DNA from: Eledone cirrhosa
Taxonomy: Eukaryota
DNA: 64,000 nt
Direction of reading: 5' to 3'
Assembly: GCA_964016885.1 (NCBI GenBank)
Contig: OZ024741.1
Span: 319,424,001 to 319,488,000 of the forward strand
Each line of letters opens with the position of its first letter. The first letter of the stretch is position 1. Below, piece by piece: positions 26,409-41,550 of the stretch. Made by a program: the position numbers and the translations under genes. Under the pieces are notes generated by a model, which did not search any database, was not told the DNA's origin, and was given only the letters and a program-made list of their open reading frames with translations.

Positions 26409-26536
26409 AATATGGTTTTATAAATATAGTTTCCATTTGTTTAATATCGTATATCTGCTCCAAAAACTTGTCGAGTGCTTTATATCGGTTATAAAATATT
26501 TACTTGTTGTAACCCAACAATTTTAAATAAAACTTT

Positions 26537-26600
<64 letters not shown>

Positions 26601-26625
26601 CATAAAGTGTATAAGTATAGCGGAC

Positions 26626-26723
<98 letters not shown>

Positions 26724-26765
26724 CATAAAATGTATAAGTATAGCGGACTATATATATATATATAT

Positions 26766-26918
<153 letters not shown>

Positions 26919-27267
26919 GGGGGAGATAGATAAATATATATAAAGAGAAAACTCAGTACATTTGTAATGTTTCTATTGCGCGTATTGGAAAATCCAATGT
27001 TTCAATTTAGTTGGTAATTTCCCAGGCGGGAATCTATGGATTATGAGACTTTTGTAAAATGGAGGTTGTATTTCTTTGAATGCTTGTCTATCGCCCATCT
27101 ACATTTGTTTTGTATTTCTATGTGTATATATAAATGTATATATAAATATATGCATGTATGTTTGTATGTGTATCTAATTAGTTTTATGATTATCTATATA
27201 TCCCACTGTTTACCCCGGCACTGAACTGGCAAATTCATTAAAACGTCGGATATATATATATATATAT

Positions 27268-27498
27268 AAAGAAAAAAAGATGAAATCCAAAATGCAACTG
27301 GAGTCTTATTTTAAAAAAAATATATATATATATTTGGTTCCTTTAACGGTTTCGCAGTTCTTCTGCTTTTCAAAAGTAGAGTATATATATTTTTAAAAAT
27401 AAAACTTCAGTTGCATTTTCGATTTCATCTTTTTTTCTTTATACTTTCACTCGTGTAGGACACCTCGGTTATTTTTCATTTTGTAAAAAAACCCTCAC

Positions 27499-27505
<7 letters not shown>
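27268..27505. mobile_element. Fold-back PLE mini-element with hammerhead at 27340-27376 (minus)
   Basis: Inverted arms AAAGAAAAAAAGATGAAATC..TGCAACTG / CAGTTGCATTTTCGATTTCATCTTTTTTTCTTT; same family as 28171-28335. Confidence 0.65.
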
Positions 27506-27550
<45 letters not shown>

Positions 27551-27645
27551 ATTTCTCTATACTCACTCTGCATCTCCCCATGGATTGAGTACTCCCATGA
27601 TTAGTGGTCTCCTCGATCTCAGCACCGTAGAGTCTCTCTCTCTAT

Positions 27646-27735
<90 letters not shown>

Positions 27736-27819
27736 AATCCTTGGTACAGTTAGGTATATTGTGAAGAAAATAAATTTGTTGAAAGCACAAGTGAAGCCAT
27801 TTTTTCTTCCCCCCCTGTC

Positions 27820-28173
<354 letters not shown>

Positions 28174-28230
28174 AGAAAAACCACAGACCCTCAGATGTGA
28201 GAAAAACCACAGACCCTCCATCTCAACTCA

Positions 28231-28268
28231 CCTTTTGAAAAGCAGAAGAACTGCGAAACCGGTAAAGG
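28231..28268 (+). ncRNA. Minimal type I hammerhead, U3-A8 variant
   Basis: CCTT-TTGAAAA-GCAG(AAGAA)CTGC-GAAA-CCGG-TA-AAGG. Confidence 0.8.
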
Positions 28269-28331
28269 AACCAAATAAATATATATATATTTTAAAAAAA
28301 TAAGACTTCAGTTGCATTTTCGATTTCATCT

Positions 28332-28379
<48 letters not shown>

Positions 28380-28664
28380 GTATGTATATATATATAAGGT
28401 TGGCTGGTTACCAATGGGTAGATCTTGATAGGGCAGTTAAACGATGATGCAATAAATTAATTAAAGCTCTGAACGTTGTACAAATCATCCATCGTAGATT
28501 AGGGGACAGCCTGCCAATTCGGTGTCATCGGAGATCATCTACCATGGCTATGACACCGAATGTCAGGCTATCCACGAATCGAATCTGTCCTCTATTTTCT
28601 ATTTTTCTATTTTCTATCCTCTATTTGTGATCAACATAATCCTGTTCTATAATTCCTCAAATAA

Positions 28665-28730
28665 CACCTGATGAAATCGTCTAGTTTTGCATCATAATGA
28701 TAGGGCTGGGTTATCGAAATATGTATAGTG
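28665..28730 (+). ncRNA. Type I hammerhead ribozyme
   Basis: CAC-CTGATGA-[G-U-rich stem II]-GAAA-TATGTA-TA-GTG. Confidence 0.6.
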
Positions 28731-29279
28731 CTTTCGTAAAATTAAAATTCTAAAGTGTATATATATAATAGTGCTCACGAAATTAACCTAATTCGGATTA
28801 ATTACGATTATCTCCGCTCCCTCAATGAAAGAAGAAACGAACTTTTGAATCAGGGGCTTTCTTTTAGAATTTAGCGGATGAACCACAGGGAATAAACAAA
28901 ACCAAAAGTATAAATTTATAGTTACCCGGACCAAAGAGGTTTCTGATGCCACAACTATCTATAAAACTGTGGATTACATAATTAATTACGTAACCCAGGA
29001 TTGGTAGAACGTTATCAGCGTGATTTGTCTATAATTCTTAAAAGAGTTGCTACATCGGATACTGCCCACACATTGGAGCAATAATTTGCAGTCTATGTGT
29101 GAGAATCCCACACAGACACACACACACACATACACACAAACACACACACACATACACACACACGCACACATATATATCTATATATATATGTATGTTGTGT
29201 GTCAATGAAATGATTCTGTACTGTTTGATATTAAAAAGAGGTCACAGATGCCACTACAAAATAGCAATGAATCTGTAAT

Positions 29280-29394
29280 AATTGTTTCTACGTTTGGCAC
29301 AAGGCCAGCAATTACCCAGTGCATTACTGGTACTTTATTTTATCGACCCCGTAAGGACGAAAGGCAAAGTTAACCTCGACGGGATTTGAACTCA
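29280..29394 (-). mobile_element. tRNA-SINE 3' part
   Basis: Reverse-complement core. Confidence 0.8.
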
Positions 29395-29854
29395 ATGAAT
29401 CTGTAATAATGGAAAAAGATGAGTATCTTTTTTTTCTTACTTTTACACCAGTGACATTTGTTTCCATTTACCAACATATACGTTCGGATGCTAGCAGCCA
29501 TGCTAGCTTTATCATCAGTTTTGCATCAATTCAAATCGAAACCATATATCCTGTAAATCTCATGAATAGAGAAACGCATCACCGAACACGAGATCGAGTG
29601 ACCTAGTTGGATTCAACATTTTATGTAAAGTAAAGAGCTTCCTGCTTATAGAAGATCGAGATGACGGTTTACTGTTATTAAACATGGATTCCCAATCTAT
29701 GGATATATTTCAGAAACACCCATCATTGCTAAAATAATGAGGCTTAAATATTAGAGTGGAAGAAAAACAACAATCAAGTATTTACTTTCTAGATATGGTT
29801 AATCTGGTTTTTACATACACAAATAACTCAAACACCTAGAGTCATTAAAGACAT

Positions 29855-30073
29855 CTAGTCAAAAATATTTCTCCACAGAATATCTTTATCTCGAATGTTT
29901 TCGAAGAAATAACCCGTTACTATAAGGAAACACTTTGGAAAAGTGGTTCGACAGTGGAAATAGAATATATACATATGAAATTGCCAAATGGTGTCTAGAT
30001 ATTTAGAAATGTACTCAGTGAAATAGTTGAAGGAGGAGGTGATAGGACAGCCAGGGTTGATAAGCTTGTGCAT
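29855..30073 (-). pseudogene. Decayed PLE RT N-terminal fragment
   Basis: HKLINPGCPITSSFNYFTEYISKYLD resembles PLE HK..NPGRPIVSS....TE.IS.YLD. Confidence 0.55.
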
Positions 30074-30589
30074 GTATGTATGTAGGAGAAGGCAACTCAG
30101 GAAACTGAGATAACTCCGACATAAAACCTGCGGCTAAGTAGTTACCGATGATGTTGATCTTTTCTTCTTTTCGGGTTATAGCTACCGTCGCCCAGAGAGT
30201 GGGATTGGCTCAGTGCACAGTCTTCCCTCACTTTAAAAAAATCTTTACGCACAGGCATTGCACGATAGCATTAATTGATAATTATTAATAATTTTATATC
30301 GTGCTATGGCCATACTCGATAACAAGAGGGCAGCCATCATGTATGTATGTATGTATGTATGTATGTATGTATGTATGTATGTATGTATGTATGTATGTAT
30401 GTATGTATGTATGCATTCGATGTTCAGAGAGTGGGATTGGCCCCGTGCAAAGCCTTTTCTCACTTAAAAAAAGCTTCAAGCACAGGTATCGCTTGATATG
30501 TGATATTGTTTGCGATGCATGATATTAAACGATGTCATTACTTATCAAACGATGTCATTACTCGAAATCGAGTTGCAGCCAACATCATC

Positions 30590-30896
30590 ATGTATGTATG
30601 TATGTATGTATGTATGTATGTATGTATGTATGTATGTATGTATGTATGTATGTATGTATGTATGTATGTATGTATGTATGTATGTATGTATGCATGTATG
30701 TATGCATGTATGTATGCATGTATGTATGTATGCATGCATGTATGTATGTATGTATGTATGTATGTATGTATGTATGTATGTATGTATGCATGTATGTATG
30801 CATGTATGCATGTATGTATGTATGTATGTATGTATGTATGTATGTATGTATGTATGTATGTATGTATGTATGTATGTATGTATATATGCATGTATG
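30590..30896. repeat. (TATG)n microsatellite
   Basis: Direct reading; artificially extends the 701-aa ORF. Confidence 0.95.
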
Positions 30897-30897
30897 T

Positions 30898-32910
30898 TCT
30901 TCTGGTTTTATAACCTCCACCTCATGCGATACATCATAGAGAGGGTAGGGTGTAAACTCGGTTTCGGTGGGGCTCTGATCAACTTGGATCAGTCTAACGC
31001 TTTCGATAGGGTTGACCATCGTTACCTGGATGCGGTGCTCGAGGCGGCAGGCTTCGGACCCGTGTTCAGGGGCTGGATTGCTGCAATGCACAACAACAAT
31101 TTCTGCTCAAGGGTCAAGGTGAACGACTACCTCTCGCAGCCGTTCCATATCACGCGATCCATTCGAGAGGGATGCCCTCTCTCCTCCCTTCTGTACGTAC
31201 TGACTCTCGAGCAACTACTGCGGAAGTTGGAGCTATTGCAGGGCATCCCTCTGGAACCGGGACTGCAGAAAGCGGCGTCGACCTACGCCGACGACGTGAC
31301 AGTAATGGTGTCGAGCGCCTCGCAAATCGAGGAAGTCGGCTCCTTACTGAAGGAATACGAAAGTTTCACTGGAGCGAAGCTGAACCGGGACAAGTCCATC
31401 GGTTTGCAACTCGGATCGTGGAGAGGCAAACCGATGCCTTCCGATGGCGTCGTCGGACGCTGGACAGAAGGACCGGTGAAGCTGCCCGGGGTCTGGTTTG
31501 GTCCGGACCTCCAGGTGGAGAAGAACTGGAACGAGGTGACGGCCAAGGTGTTTGCACTCACCCAGAAGTGGGCCGAGTGCAAACTATCCTTGAAAGGTCG
31601 AGCGGAGGTGGCGAACACTTTTATAGCGTCCGCCATCTACTACCGCTTGACCGTCGTGCCTTGCCCAGCCAAAACGCTCACCAAAATGGAGCGCGCGCTC
31701 TTCCAATTCCTTTGGAAGAGGCGGGCTCCTTTGGTGAGAAGATCCATCTGCTGCCAACACCCTTCCAACGGAGGGCTGAGGATGCCGTGGCTGACGATGC
31801 GCAAACACGCGCTCAGGCTGCGGCATCTCTACGTATTCCTCACCGGACAACCGGTGTGGGCCCCGTTCGTGAGGCGAGCCTTCTCACGACTCGTCTCGCT
31901 GACCGAGCTGCAGTCCTGGGTCAAGCAAAGACCGAGGAAAATGGGCGACTGGCACATCGAATGTGCTCAGGCGCTCACAGCTCTCTGGCAGGCGGACCCG
32001 GCGATCAGTGGAGACTCCACTTCGTCATTCTATAGAGGGTTGATCCGCAGCAAGTGCGACGACGCGCTCAGTGAAACTCTAGGCGTAGAGGAAGATGAAC
32101 TGGCCAGTCTGTTCGGTAGGACCTTCCGCCCGGGACCGATGGACAACTTCCAAAAGTCCCTGGCCTGGCAGTGCTACCGAGGAGCTCTACCAGTTCGAGA
32201 CAAGCTCTACAGACATGGGCGTCGGAGCAGGGACCCTGCAAAAAAGATCTGTCCGAGGTGCGTGCGAGATGAAGAAACCGTCGCGCACGCATTCATACAC
32301 TGCCCGGGCGTCACCGACCTGTGGGGCTATGTAGAACGACTATTGTCGCGGGTGGGACCAATCCGGTTGACCACCGAGTCCATTGTCATGATCAAACCGC
32401 CATCCTCCTTCAAAAACAAAGGAGAGGCGGTTTTCCTTTGTGTGATAGCTATGGCGAAAGAGGTTGTATGGTGGCCAAGGTTGAAAGGGCTGAGGTCAGA
32501 CACCTTTCTCTCCGGCCAACAACTGATTCTTTTTTTCAAATACCACTTTGGAAGAAGAATCAGGATGGAGAGAGAGAGGTGCTGTACCCCAGCAAGTTTT
32601 ATGAAAGGTGGGTGAAAGTGGCGAGAATGGCCCGAGTGAATGGGCCTTCTCTCTATATCAGCCTGTAGGTTGAGGAAAAGGAGGAGGAGAGGAAAGGAGT
32701 ACAAGCTCTTCGTACTCCTGGAGATGAGGGTTGCACATTTTTTTTCGGGGGTATGTGTTACCCATATAAACTGTCTCCCTCTATTGGGGAAAATCGACTA
32801 ACTTTTAAATTCCATCTGTGATAACATTTTACACGTTTTTATTGTATGTAAACTTCCCCCTTTGTATTTGTCCGCTTCTTTTGTGCCCCTGTGGCTAATA
32901 AAGAAAAATA
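30898..32910 (+). mobile_element. 5'-truncated L1/Tx1-clade LINE (RT + zinc finger, 3'UTR)
   Basis: NLDQSNAFDRVDH, SIREGCPLS..LY, YADDVT, LSLKGRA, GGL, CPRC..ETVAHAFIHC; frameshift near C-terminus (continues to 32668); AATAAA at ~32897. Confidence 0.9.
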
Positions 32911-32917
32911 TCTATAT

Positions 32918-33199
<282 letters not shown>

Positions 33200-33411
33200 C
33201 ATATATAGTATTAGTTATACTATTTATGGTTATGTAAATACAAAACCTTATGCAGTTATAAGTATTTTACACACACCCTAAATAGTGGTAGGCAGTAATG
33301 TATTACTACCTTATTACCAGTAAGTTAAGTAGCTCAATGTAAAAACATCAGATGATTTACAGAGCAGTTATATGAAATATAAGAATCAAAGAACTGTTCA
33401 AAACATTATTG

Positions 33412-33458
33412 TGCTTACAGCTGTTTCCTCCAAACCGAGGTTTGGATTCTTCGGAGCA
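33412..33458 (-). ncRNA. Hammerhead ribozyme (identical to 25096)
   Basis: Reverse complement of the 25096 motif. Confidence 0.72.
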
Positions 33459-35085
33459 ATTTATTAATGCATGGACAGTTATATGACCTCCTTTTCAGCC
33501 GAGAGACATACCAATACATATTCAAACATTCATACATATTCAAACATTGTGGGTCAACATTCATTACAGAATTTAGAGTGGCAGTACACACTTCGAGATT
33601 ACATTTATATTAAGAGGTACAATCAAAAATCAAAACTACAGGTTAAAATACAACATGAAGATAAGCGGTTATATAGTGCAAATGATATACGTGTGGCCCG
33701 CATGTGCGTCTTGTTTATATAGTGTGGCAGAGAGATATGTGTGGTAGAGGCACTTAGGTAGGTAAACAAGAGTGTTAGGTTGGTAGAGCTGGTGGCAAAT
33801 TCTTTATATGATTGATATAGTCTGTGTGTGGAGAAATGTTATAAGCATTAAAAATAGTGCAAGCATTAAAAGTGTTAAAAGTATTGGAGATGCACAGCGA
33901 AGGGATGTCAAGTATTTCATGTACTTCAGCATTTTCATGGTCAGGGGAGTGTATTTTTCGATTATATGCCCCTCACATAATCCACGACAATCCGATATTG
34001 AGCGTTTGACAATCCAGTTAGAGATCGTAGTCTGGTGTTCTTTAGTTCAATACAGGAGGCTGTTACGTTTCGAGAAACGCCATTGAATACCACCCGGAAG
34101 TGTGTGTGTGGCTAAGGGGAGTTAATGCATGCGGGGAGGTAACTCCGGGGTTTCTATACCTAGCTATTAAAATGTGTCACAATATAGACCCTAATTTCTA
34201 TGGTGATGCGCATCCTCCAAGGAAATTTTTAAAGCATAAAGTGTAATAACTATAGAGTAGTTTAATTAAGTTATGCTGAAGGTGATCATATTATTATGGT
34301 GGATTAACCCATCGTAAGGTGCCACAAATGGAAATTATAGATGATGAGCGAGGATTCTAAATTAATGATCTCTGTGGTTGTAGTCTACTCATAGGACCAG
34401 GCGCGGTGATTGCAGGATTGCTTCAGGACCCAATGATCTCTGGTAAGTTCTGGGTCATCAATGGCGTTTCTCGAAACGTAACAGCCTCCTGTATTGAACT
34501 ATAGAACACCAGACTACGATCTCTAACTGGATTGTCAAACGCTCAATATCGGATTGTCGTGGATTATGTGAGGGGCATATAATCGAAAAATACACTCCCC
34601 TGACTATGAAAATGCTGAAGTACATGAAATACTTGACATCCCTTCGCTGTGCATCTCCAATACTTTTAACACTTTTAATGCTTGCACTATTTTTAATGCT
34701 TATAACATTTCTCCACACACAGACTATATCAATCATATAAAGAATTTGCCACCAGCTCTACCAACCTAACACTCTTGTTTACCTACCTAAGTGCCTCTAC
34801 CACACATATCTCTCTGCCACACTATATAAACAAGACGCACATGCGGGCCACACGTATAACATTTACACTATATAACCGCTTATCTTCATGTTGTATTTTA
34901 ACCTGTATTTTTGATTTTTGATTGTACCTCTTAATATAAATGTAATCTCGAAGTGTGTACTGCCACTCTAAATTCTGTAATGAATGTTGACCCACAATGT
35001 TTGAATATGTATCAATGTTTGAATATGTATCGGTATGTCTCTCGGCTGAAAAGGAGGTCATATAACTGTCCATGCATTAATAAAT

Positions 35086-35132
35086 TGCTCCGAAGAATCC
35101 AAACCTCGGTTTGGAGGAAACAGCTGTAAGCA
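35086..35132 (+). ncRNA. Hammerhead ribozyme (identical to 25096)
   Basis: TGCTCCGAAGAATCCAAACCTCGGTTTGGAGGAAACAGCTGTAAGCA. Confidence 0.72.
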
Positions 35133-35316
35133 CAATAATGTTTTGAACAGTTCTTTGATTCTTATATTTCATATACATATATATGCATATTTGTATAATC
35201 TTCAAACCTGTGACAATCTTCAAATAACAGATGTGCAGAAAGAGGACTTATTAATTCCACTATCAGGATCCCTATATAAGTAAGTAAGTAACTAACTAAT
35301 TAACTAACTAACTAAT

Positions 35317-35351
<35 letters not shown>

Positions 35352-35364
35352 TAATAATAATAAT

Positions 35365-35773
35365 AATTGTTTCTACTTTAGGCACAAGGCCAGCAATTTC
35401 GAGGGAGGGGAAAGTTGATTCAATCGACCCCAGTACGTTACTGGTGCTTTATTTTATCGACCCCGTAAGGATGCAAGGCAAAGTTAATCTCGGCGGGATT
35501 TGAACTCAGACCGCAAAGGGCCGTAACTCGTTGCATCGTAGAGTTACGGTCCTTTACGTTCTGACCATAAATTCAAATCTCGCCGAGGCTAACTTTGCGT
35601 TTTATCTTTACGGGGTCGTTAGAATAAAGTATAATAATAATAAGTAATAATAATAATAATTGTTTCTACTTTAGGCACAAGGCCAGCAATTACCCAGTGC
35701 ATTACTGGTACTTTATTTTATCGACCCCGTAAGGATGAAAGGCAAAGTCAACCTCGGCGGGATTTGAACTCAG
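35365..35773. mobile_element. Cluster of three tRNA-SINE copies (-,+,-) with (AAT)n tails
   Basis: Conserved SINE cores in both orientations. Confidence 0.8.
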
Positions 35774-35803
35774 TAATAATAATAATAATAAGTAATAATA
35801 ATG

Positions 35804-35848
<45 letters not shown>

Positions 35849-36229
35849 TAATAATAATAATAATTTTCTTTAAAGGACCTTGAAAGTCGATTAATTCCAC
35901 CCACCAACGTCCTTCCACTGACGGGAAATGTTGGCGAGTTCAGGCAAAAATTCCCCGCACAAACAAATTGTGGCCGGTTCTCCACCTGAACGTAGCAACA
36001 GTTTTAGTGGAAAAGCATCATCACCATGTGCCATTTCTCGAACCGGATCCGGAAATAGCCCCAGTGGCTTTAACAGTCTCGCATCGTCACCAAACACCCG
36101 TGGAAATGGCTTCAGGTAATCGAAGAATGAAACATTCACATTTTCGGTTGCATTTGAATGATACTTTCTCTTTCGAAATACATGTGGTGACTGATGCTCG
36201 CATGTATATATACCTATACCTATACCATC

Positions 36230-36336
<107 letters not shown>

Positions 36337-36484
36337 ACTAAACTATCTATCTACCTACCTACCTATCTATCCGTCTATTTATTTATCTACCCATCTGCCT
36401 TTCTGATTTCTCCCCTCCTCTCTCTCTATATCTATCTATTTGTCTGCCAGTCTGTCTGTTCAACTCGTCTTTATCAGTAACTGT

Positions 36485-36865
<381 letters not shown>

Positions 36866-36869
<4 letters not shown>

Positions 36870-37084
36870 AGAAAAAAAGAGAATCAGTGTTACGACGAAT
36901 GGAATTTATTGGACATATTACAATAATTTCTCTGGTCGTCAGAGAAACGATTGTAATATGTCCAATAAATTCCATTCGTCGCAACACTGATTCTCTTTTT
37001 TTCTGTGATATCATACTCTGCTCTATGAGAGTATCGAGTGCTCATACGGCCTACCGCATACGGACGCTTTAAGCATCCAACACC

Positions 37085-37089
<5 letters not shown>
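36866..37089 (+). mobile_element. Palindromic PLE mini-element X'-X-Y (another family)
   Basis: ~68-bp arms centred at CTCTG(GTCGT)CAGAG, directly followed by hammerhead 3' half GAAA-CGATTG-TA; tail with ATCGAGTGCT. Confidence 0.7.
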
Positions 37090-37125
<36 letters not shown>

Positions 37126-37234
37126 CACATATCCCTCTGCAGTTGGTGGCTGAGAGAAAAGAGTACTCAATACCAAAGAGAATTTGAATTTTATTAATGC
37201 TAAATCTAGTCTAAAGTCTGTATTAATCCAGAAG

Positions 37235-37490
37235 GCTCATTTGGCCGGTGCTTATTCCGGTTTCATGGCGTAAAGTGACTGAGAGTACAAGAGTCCCCCA
37301 TGAACAGGACACCAGTCCATCGCAGGGTTAAAACCCCAGCTATTGCTGGTACTCATTTTCAGCTGAGTATACTGGAGCAATGTGAAATGAAATGTTTTGC
37401 TCAAGAACACAACCCGCAATCCAAGTATGGAACCCACGACATTATGATCGTAATTCCAACACCCTTACCACTAGCCCACGTGCCTCCACA
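37235..37490 (-). mobile_element. SINE (second family)
   Basis: GGTACTCATTTTCAGCTGAGTATACTGGAGCAATGTGAAATGAAATGTTTTGCTCAAG core typical of mollusc SINEs. Confidence 0.6.
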
Positions 37491-37742
37491 ATGCTAAATA
37501 GTAAGCCTTGTTATTATAGTTTCGCCTGCTTATCTCAGAATCATCAGAAAAGAGCTAAAATTCAATACCAGAGACAATACAAATAAGGGAGGATTCGGGA
37601 GAGAGGGTTAATTGAAGAGGGGAAACTATGATAGAATGGACAAAATGGTAGTGGGGGGAGGTGTAGAGCTCTGTAAAGAAGAAGATGATACTGGTTAAAA
37701 TAGTTCTTAAGACTGGTCAGCTGAGATAGTTTAATTTGGTCA

Positions 37743-37967
37743 GTGGTTAGAATGTCTCAGGAAAGAATCGCTGGACAGATTTTACGGGCAAAACCAAGCG
37801 GAAGGAGACCCAGGGGTAGACCCCGAGCAAGATGGTTGGATAACATCCATGAGCTTGGCTGGTCTCGCTTGGGGATCCAGCCGGATCAGTTGGAAACGGT
37901 TGCTTCTGACAGGACCCGCTGGAGGGAGTGTTTGAGGACTCTGCCCCCACGACCTTCTCAGAAATAA
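37743..37967 (+). mobile_element. RTE LINE 3' ORF fragment
   Basis: VRMSQERIAGQIL..PSGRRPRGRPRARWLD..DRTRWR. Confidence 0.75.
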
Positions 37968-38322
37968 GTGGGTGAAGAAGAAAAAAAAAAAGAATAAGAA
38001 GGGTCAGTACAAATATGATGAGGATCTAGCAGGAGATAGTGGTGAAGGTGAGTGTGTAGGGGCGGGGTTAATGAAGAAGAGGAGGAAAAGATTGGTGGAA
38101 TTGACAGAATAAAGTGGGAGAAGAGATATATAAAATCATACATATATATAAACTTGCATATGTACACACAACTATACATACACCTATGCATACGTGTACA
38201 TAAATATACATATACACATACAAATATACATACATATACAAACATACTAAATACACACAAACATACGTATACATATAAAACGCATACAAATAATATATAT
38301 ATATATATACATACACAAATAC

Positions 38323-38369
<47 letters not shown>

Positions 38370-38634
38370 GAGAGAGAGAGTGAGAGATGCATAAAATTAT
38401 TTTCGTTTTGCAAGATTTATCTGAAAACGTGTGTTGAAACAGATATTGTTATACTTTGGGAGGGTCATGCTGCCAATAAGACACACACGCACTTGCCGGA
38501 TTTCACTTCAATTTGTTACTATAATTATTCAGGTGATTATTAAACTAACCAACTGGGAAATTATAATAATAAATTGAAGTGAAAACCAACAAGTGCGTGT
38601 GTTTCTTATTGGCAACATGACCCTCCCAAAGTAT

Positions 38635-38689
<55 letters not shown>

Positions 38690-39239
38690 CGAATACAAAT
38701 ATATACATACACATATACAGGTAGAGATAAATTATGATGGATGGGTGGGTGTATGACGGCTATGGGGTGGATAGTGAGGGATAGTAGTGGTGATGGTGGT
38801 GGTGTTGGTGTGTTGGAATAAGTAAAGAATATAAAGCGATGTAGTTTAAAATTAATATATGGAGAATAGAGAAAATGTAAAGAATTATATACAATGAAAA
38901 TTATGGAAATATAAGACTATAGAATATGGAGTCATGAAGTATAGCGCTGTAACATCTAAGGGTGATGATATGTATGATAATGGCGATGGTGGAGACTATG
39001 ACTGGTGGGTGGGTATGTAAGTGGTGGTAGGGTGGTCTCGGTGTCAAGTAAATATGTAAAGTATATCAAATATATAAGGTATAAAATATGTAAAATATAA
39101 GTAATGAAACTATAAACGAATTAATAACATAGATAATATGGGATAACCATGTAACATCTAAGGGTGGTGAAATATGATAATCGTAATAGTGGAGATGATG
39201 GTGAGTAAGTGGTGGTGGGATGGTGTTGTGTCGGCTACC

Positions 39240-39375
39240 TCCCTACTCACCACCATCGGCACAGAGTTGGCTACACGCAGGTGTAAGCCTCGCGAGCTGG
39301 AATGGCTCTTCCAGCGCGTCTCCCTCACCATCCTCCGGGGAAACGTCTTCTCTATTCTGTCGACCGGGGTCACGG
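39240..39375 (+). mobile_element. CRE-like non-LTR retrotransposon 3' end fragment
   Basis: LFQRVSLTILRGNVFSIL matches the QRLS...QRGNA..IL C-terminal motif of CRE elements. Confidence 0.55.
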
Positions 39376-39430
39376 AGGCAGTAACAGTGGGAGTTTGGTT
39401 CCATTGTGTTCGGACCTGGTGTATATGTGA

Positions 39431-39599
39431 CCGTATTTCCCGGCGTCAAAGACGCTGCTTTTCCCCTAAAATAAGTCTCAAAAATCTACCATGCGTCCTT
39501 GAGGCCGAAGGTTGCTTATTATTTTTTTTTCAAATTTTTGGTTGTCAAATTTAGGGTGCGCCCTCGAGGACGAAGTGTCTTCGGCGCCGGGAAATACGG
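39431..39599. mobile_element. Tigger/pogo-type MITE
   Basis: TIRs CCGTATTTCCCGGCG / CGCCGGGAAATACGG, TA on the right flank. Confidence 0.75.
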
Positions 39600-40022
39600 T
39601 ATATATTTATTTACCACACCACATTAACTGTATATCTGTTACAATATAAAGTATGAAAAAGGAAAAATGAAAAAAGGAAAGAAAGAAGAAAGTATGAAAA
39701 ATGAATGAAAACAATGAAAAATGAAAGATGAAAAGATGGAAAGATAACAAAATGGAAAAAATGGAAAAATTGAAAAATAAAAATAAAATAATATAAACAG
39801 AATATGAAGTAAAATAAAATAAAATATAAGGATTAGAAGAATATAAAGAAGGTGGAAATCATGAGATATAGGATTGTGGGATATAATATATGACATATAA
39901 CACGTAAGTATAGTGAAATAAATGAAACAAACTGTTTTGATGCTGGGTTAGCCCCAGTCAGCGAGGCTTAGTGCATATACGTCCCAATGTGTGCAGTGGG
40001 TCCTGAGGTGTAAAGTCTAGAC

Positions 40023-40287
40023 CAGTCATGGGCAACCTGCGGCCCGCGAAGCTTTCTGAATGGCTCGCCTAAGTCACCTAAGTGAAATCTTTCTGGTATT
40101 TTTACCCCAAGCATTTTTACGACCGAGGAAAGCAACGTGTACTAATTCTGAAGAAACAAATCAAAACAACCTGAGTTACCGCCCCTTTATTTAATGTGGG
40201 CACGAATGTAAATTAGTGCTTGCGGCCCGTCTGATGATGAGCCATACCTCAGGCGGCCCGCTTCTCGAAAAAGGTTGTCCATGTCAA
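40023..40287. mobile_element. hAT-Charlie-type MITE
   Basis: 8-bp TSD GTCTAGAC (40015-22, 40288-95); TIRs CAGTCATGGGCAACCT / AGGTTGTCCATGTCAA; internal GCGGCCCG motifs. Confidence 0.85.
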
Positions 40288-40640
40288 GTCTAGACGATAT
40301 CAAAGATGTTAAATTTCGGATTTCCCCCACTTTCATTCACTGACGAGGATTATTATTAATTCTCATCACGGTTGTAATTTCATTCGTCTAAAATATCGTT
40401 TTCGTTCACCACTTTAAATATGTTAGCCCAAACTTAACTATGTATTCTCCAGACAAAGGCACCCCTGAGAAATTTACCATTTTTTTTGTTATGTCCAGTT
40501 TAGTTATATATAAAATCTACTTTAACTGACAGAAGTCTTATGTGGGATGTTTTATGAGAGAGGTATTCATTACAGTACCAGGCATGGCTTCCTGTCCAGT
40601 TCGGCTTGTTTGCTTGATGCATTGTATGTATCTGTGGTTT

Positions 40641-40743
<103 letters not shown>

Positions 40744-40744
40744 A

Positions 40745-40964
<220 letters not shown>

Positions 40965-41102
40965 AGTGTAATTTACTACACAAAACGAAGGTTATAGAGA
41001 AAATTGAGGTTGGTAATGGCACATGGAATATATAAGAGACAGAATACTTTTTTGTGAAAAAACATATAATTTTATAAGGTAAGGAAATAATAAAGGGTAT
41101 AA

Positions 41103-41150
41103 AAAATGACCGGTTTCGATGGGTCTGCAAAAGCCATCTTTTCAAATGTT
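41103..41150 (-). ncRNA. Hammerhead U3-A8 variant (mirror of 41551)
   Basis: Reverse complement of the 41551 motif. Confidence 0.6.
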
Positions 41151-41550
41151 GATTAATATTAAGAAAAATTAATAATAAGAAGAGTTAAAATTTGAGATTT
41201 GAAAATTCAAGTATAAAATTCATTGTGGGATTTCATAGTAGTTTTCATCTTGGTAGCAGCTCGTTGACTGCTTCTGGTAGTGAATGAGAAGTTATTTGGG
41301 GGTGTGGGTTATTTTATAAAGGTCAAATTTAGCAATGGCCAGATGGCCAGATGGCCATCTGGCCATTGCTAAATTTGACCTTTATAAAATAACCCACACC
41401 CCCAAATAACTTCTCATTCACTACCAGAAGCAGTCAACGAGCTGCTACCAAGATGAAAACTACTATGAAATCCCACAATGAATTTTATACTTGAATTTTC
41501 AAATCTCAAATTTTAACTCTTCTTATTATTAATTTTTCTTAATATTAATC

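Larger units (their letters stand above)
33207..35175 (-). mobile_element. Non-coding fold-back derivative of PLE copy 2 3'UTR
   Basis: 33207-34460 is the reverse complement of ~24123-25349; 34459-35175 is a direct copy of ~24498-25184; mirror ORFs in the track. Confidence 0.9.

Noticed and set aside
30510-30897. N-terminal CMYV-repeat extension of the 701-aa ORF
   Set aside because: Translation of a (TATG)n microsatellite; LINE homology starts at ~30900
31172-32035. 287-aa overlapping ORF
   Set aside because: Alternative frame of a GC-rich LINE RT region with no recognisable motifs
33471-35073. Duplicated 83-aa and 92-aa ORFs on opposite strands
   Set aside because: Mirror images produced by the inverted duplication of non-coding PLE UTR; the same applies to 3767/4050, 40843/41556 and 61323/61377
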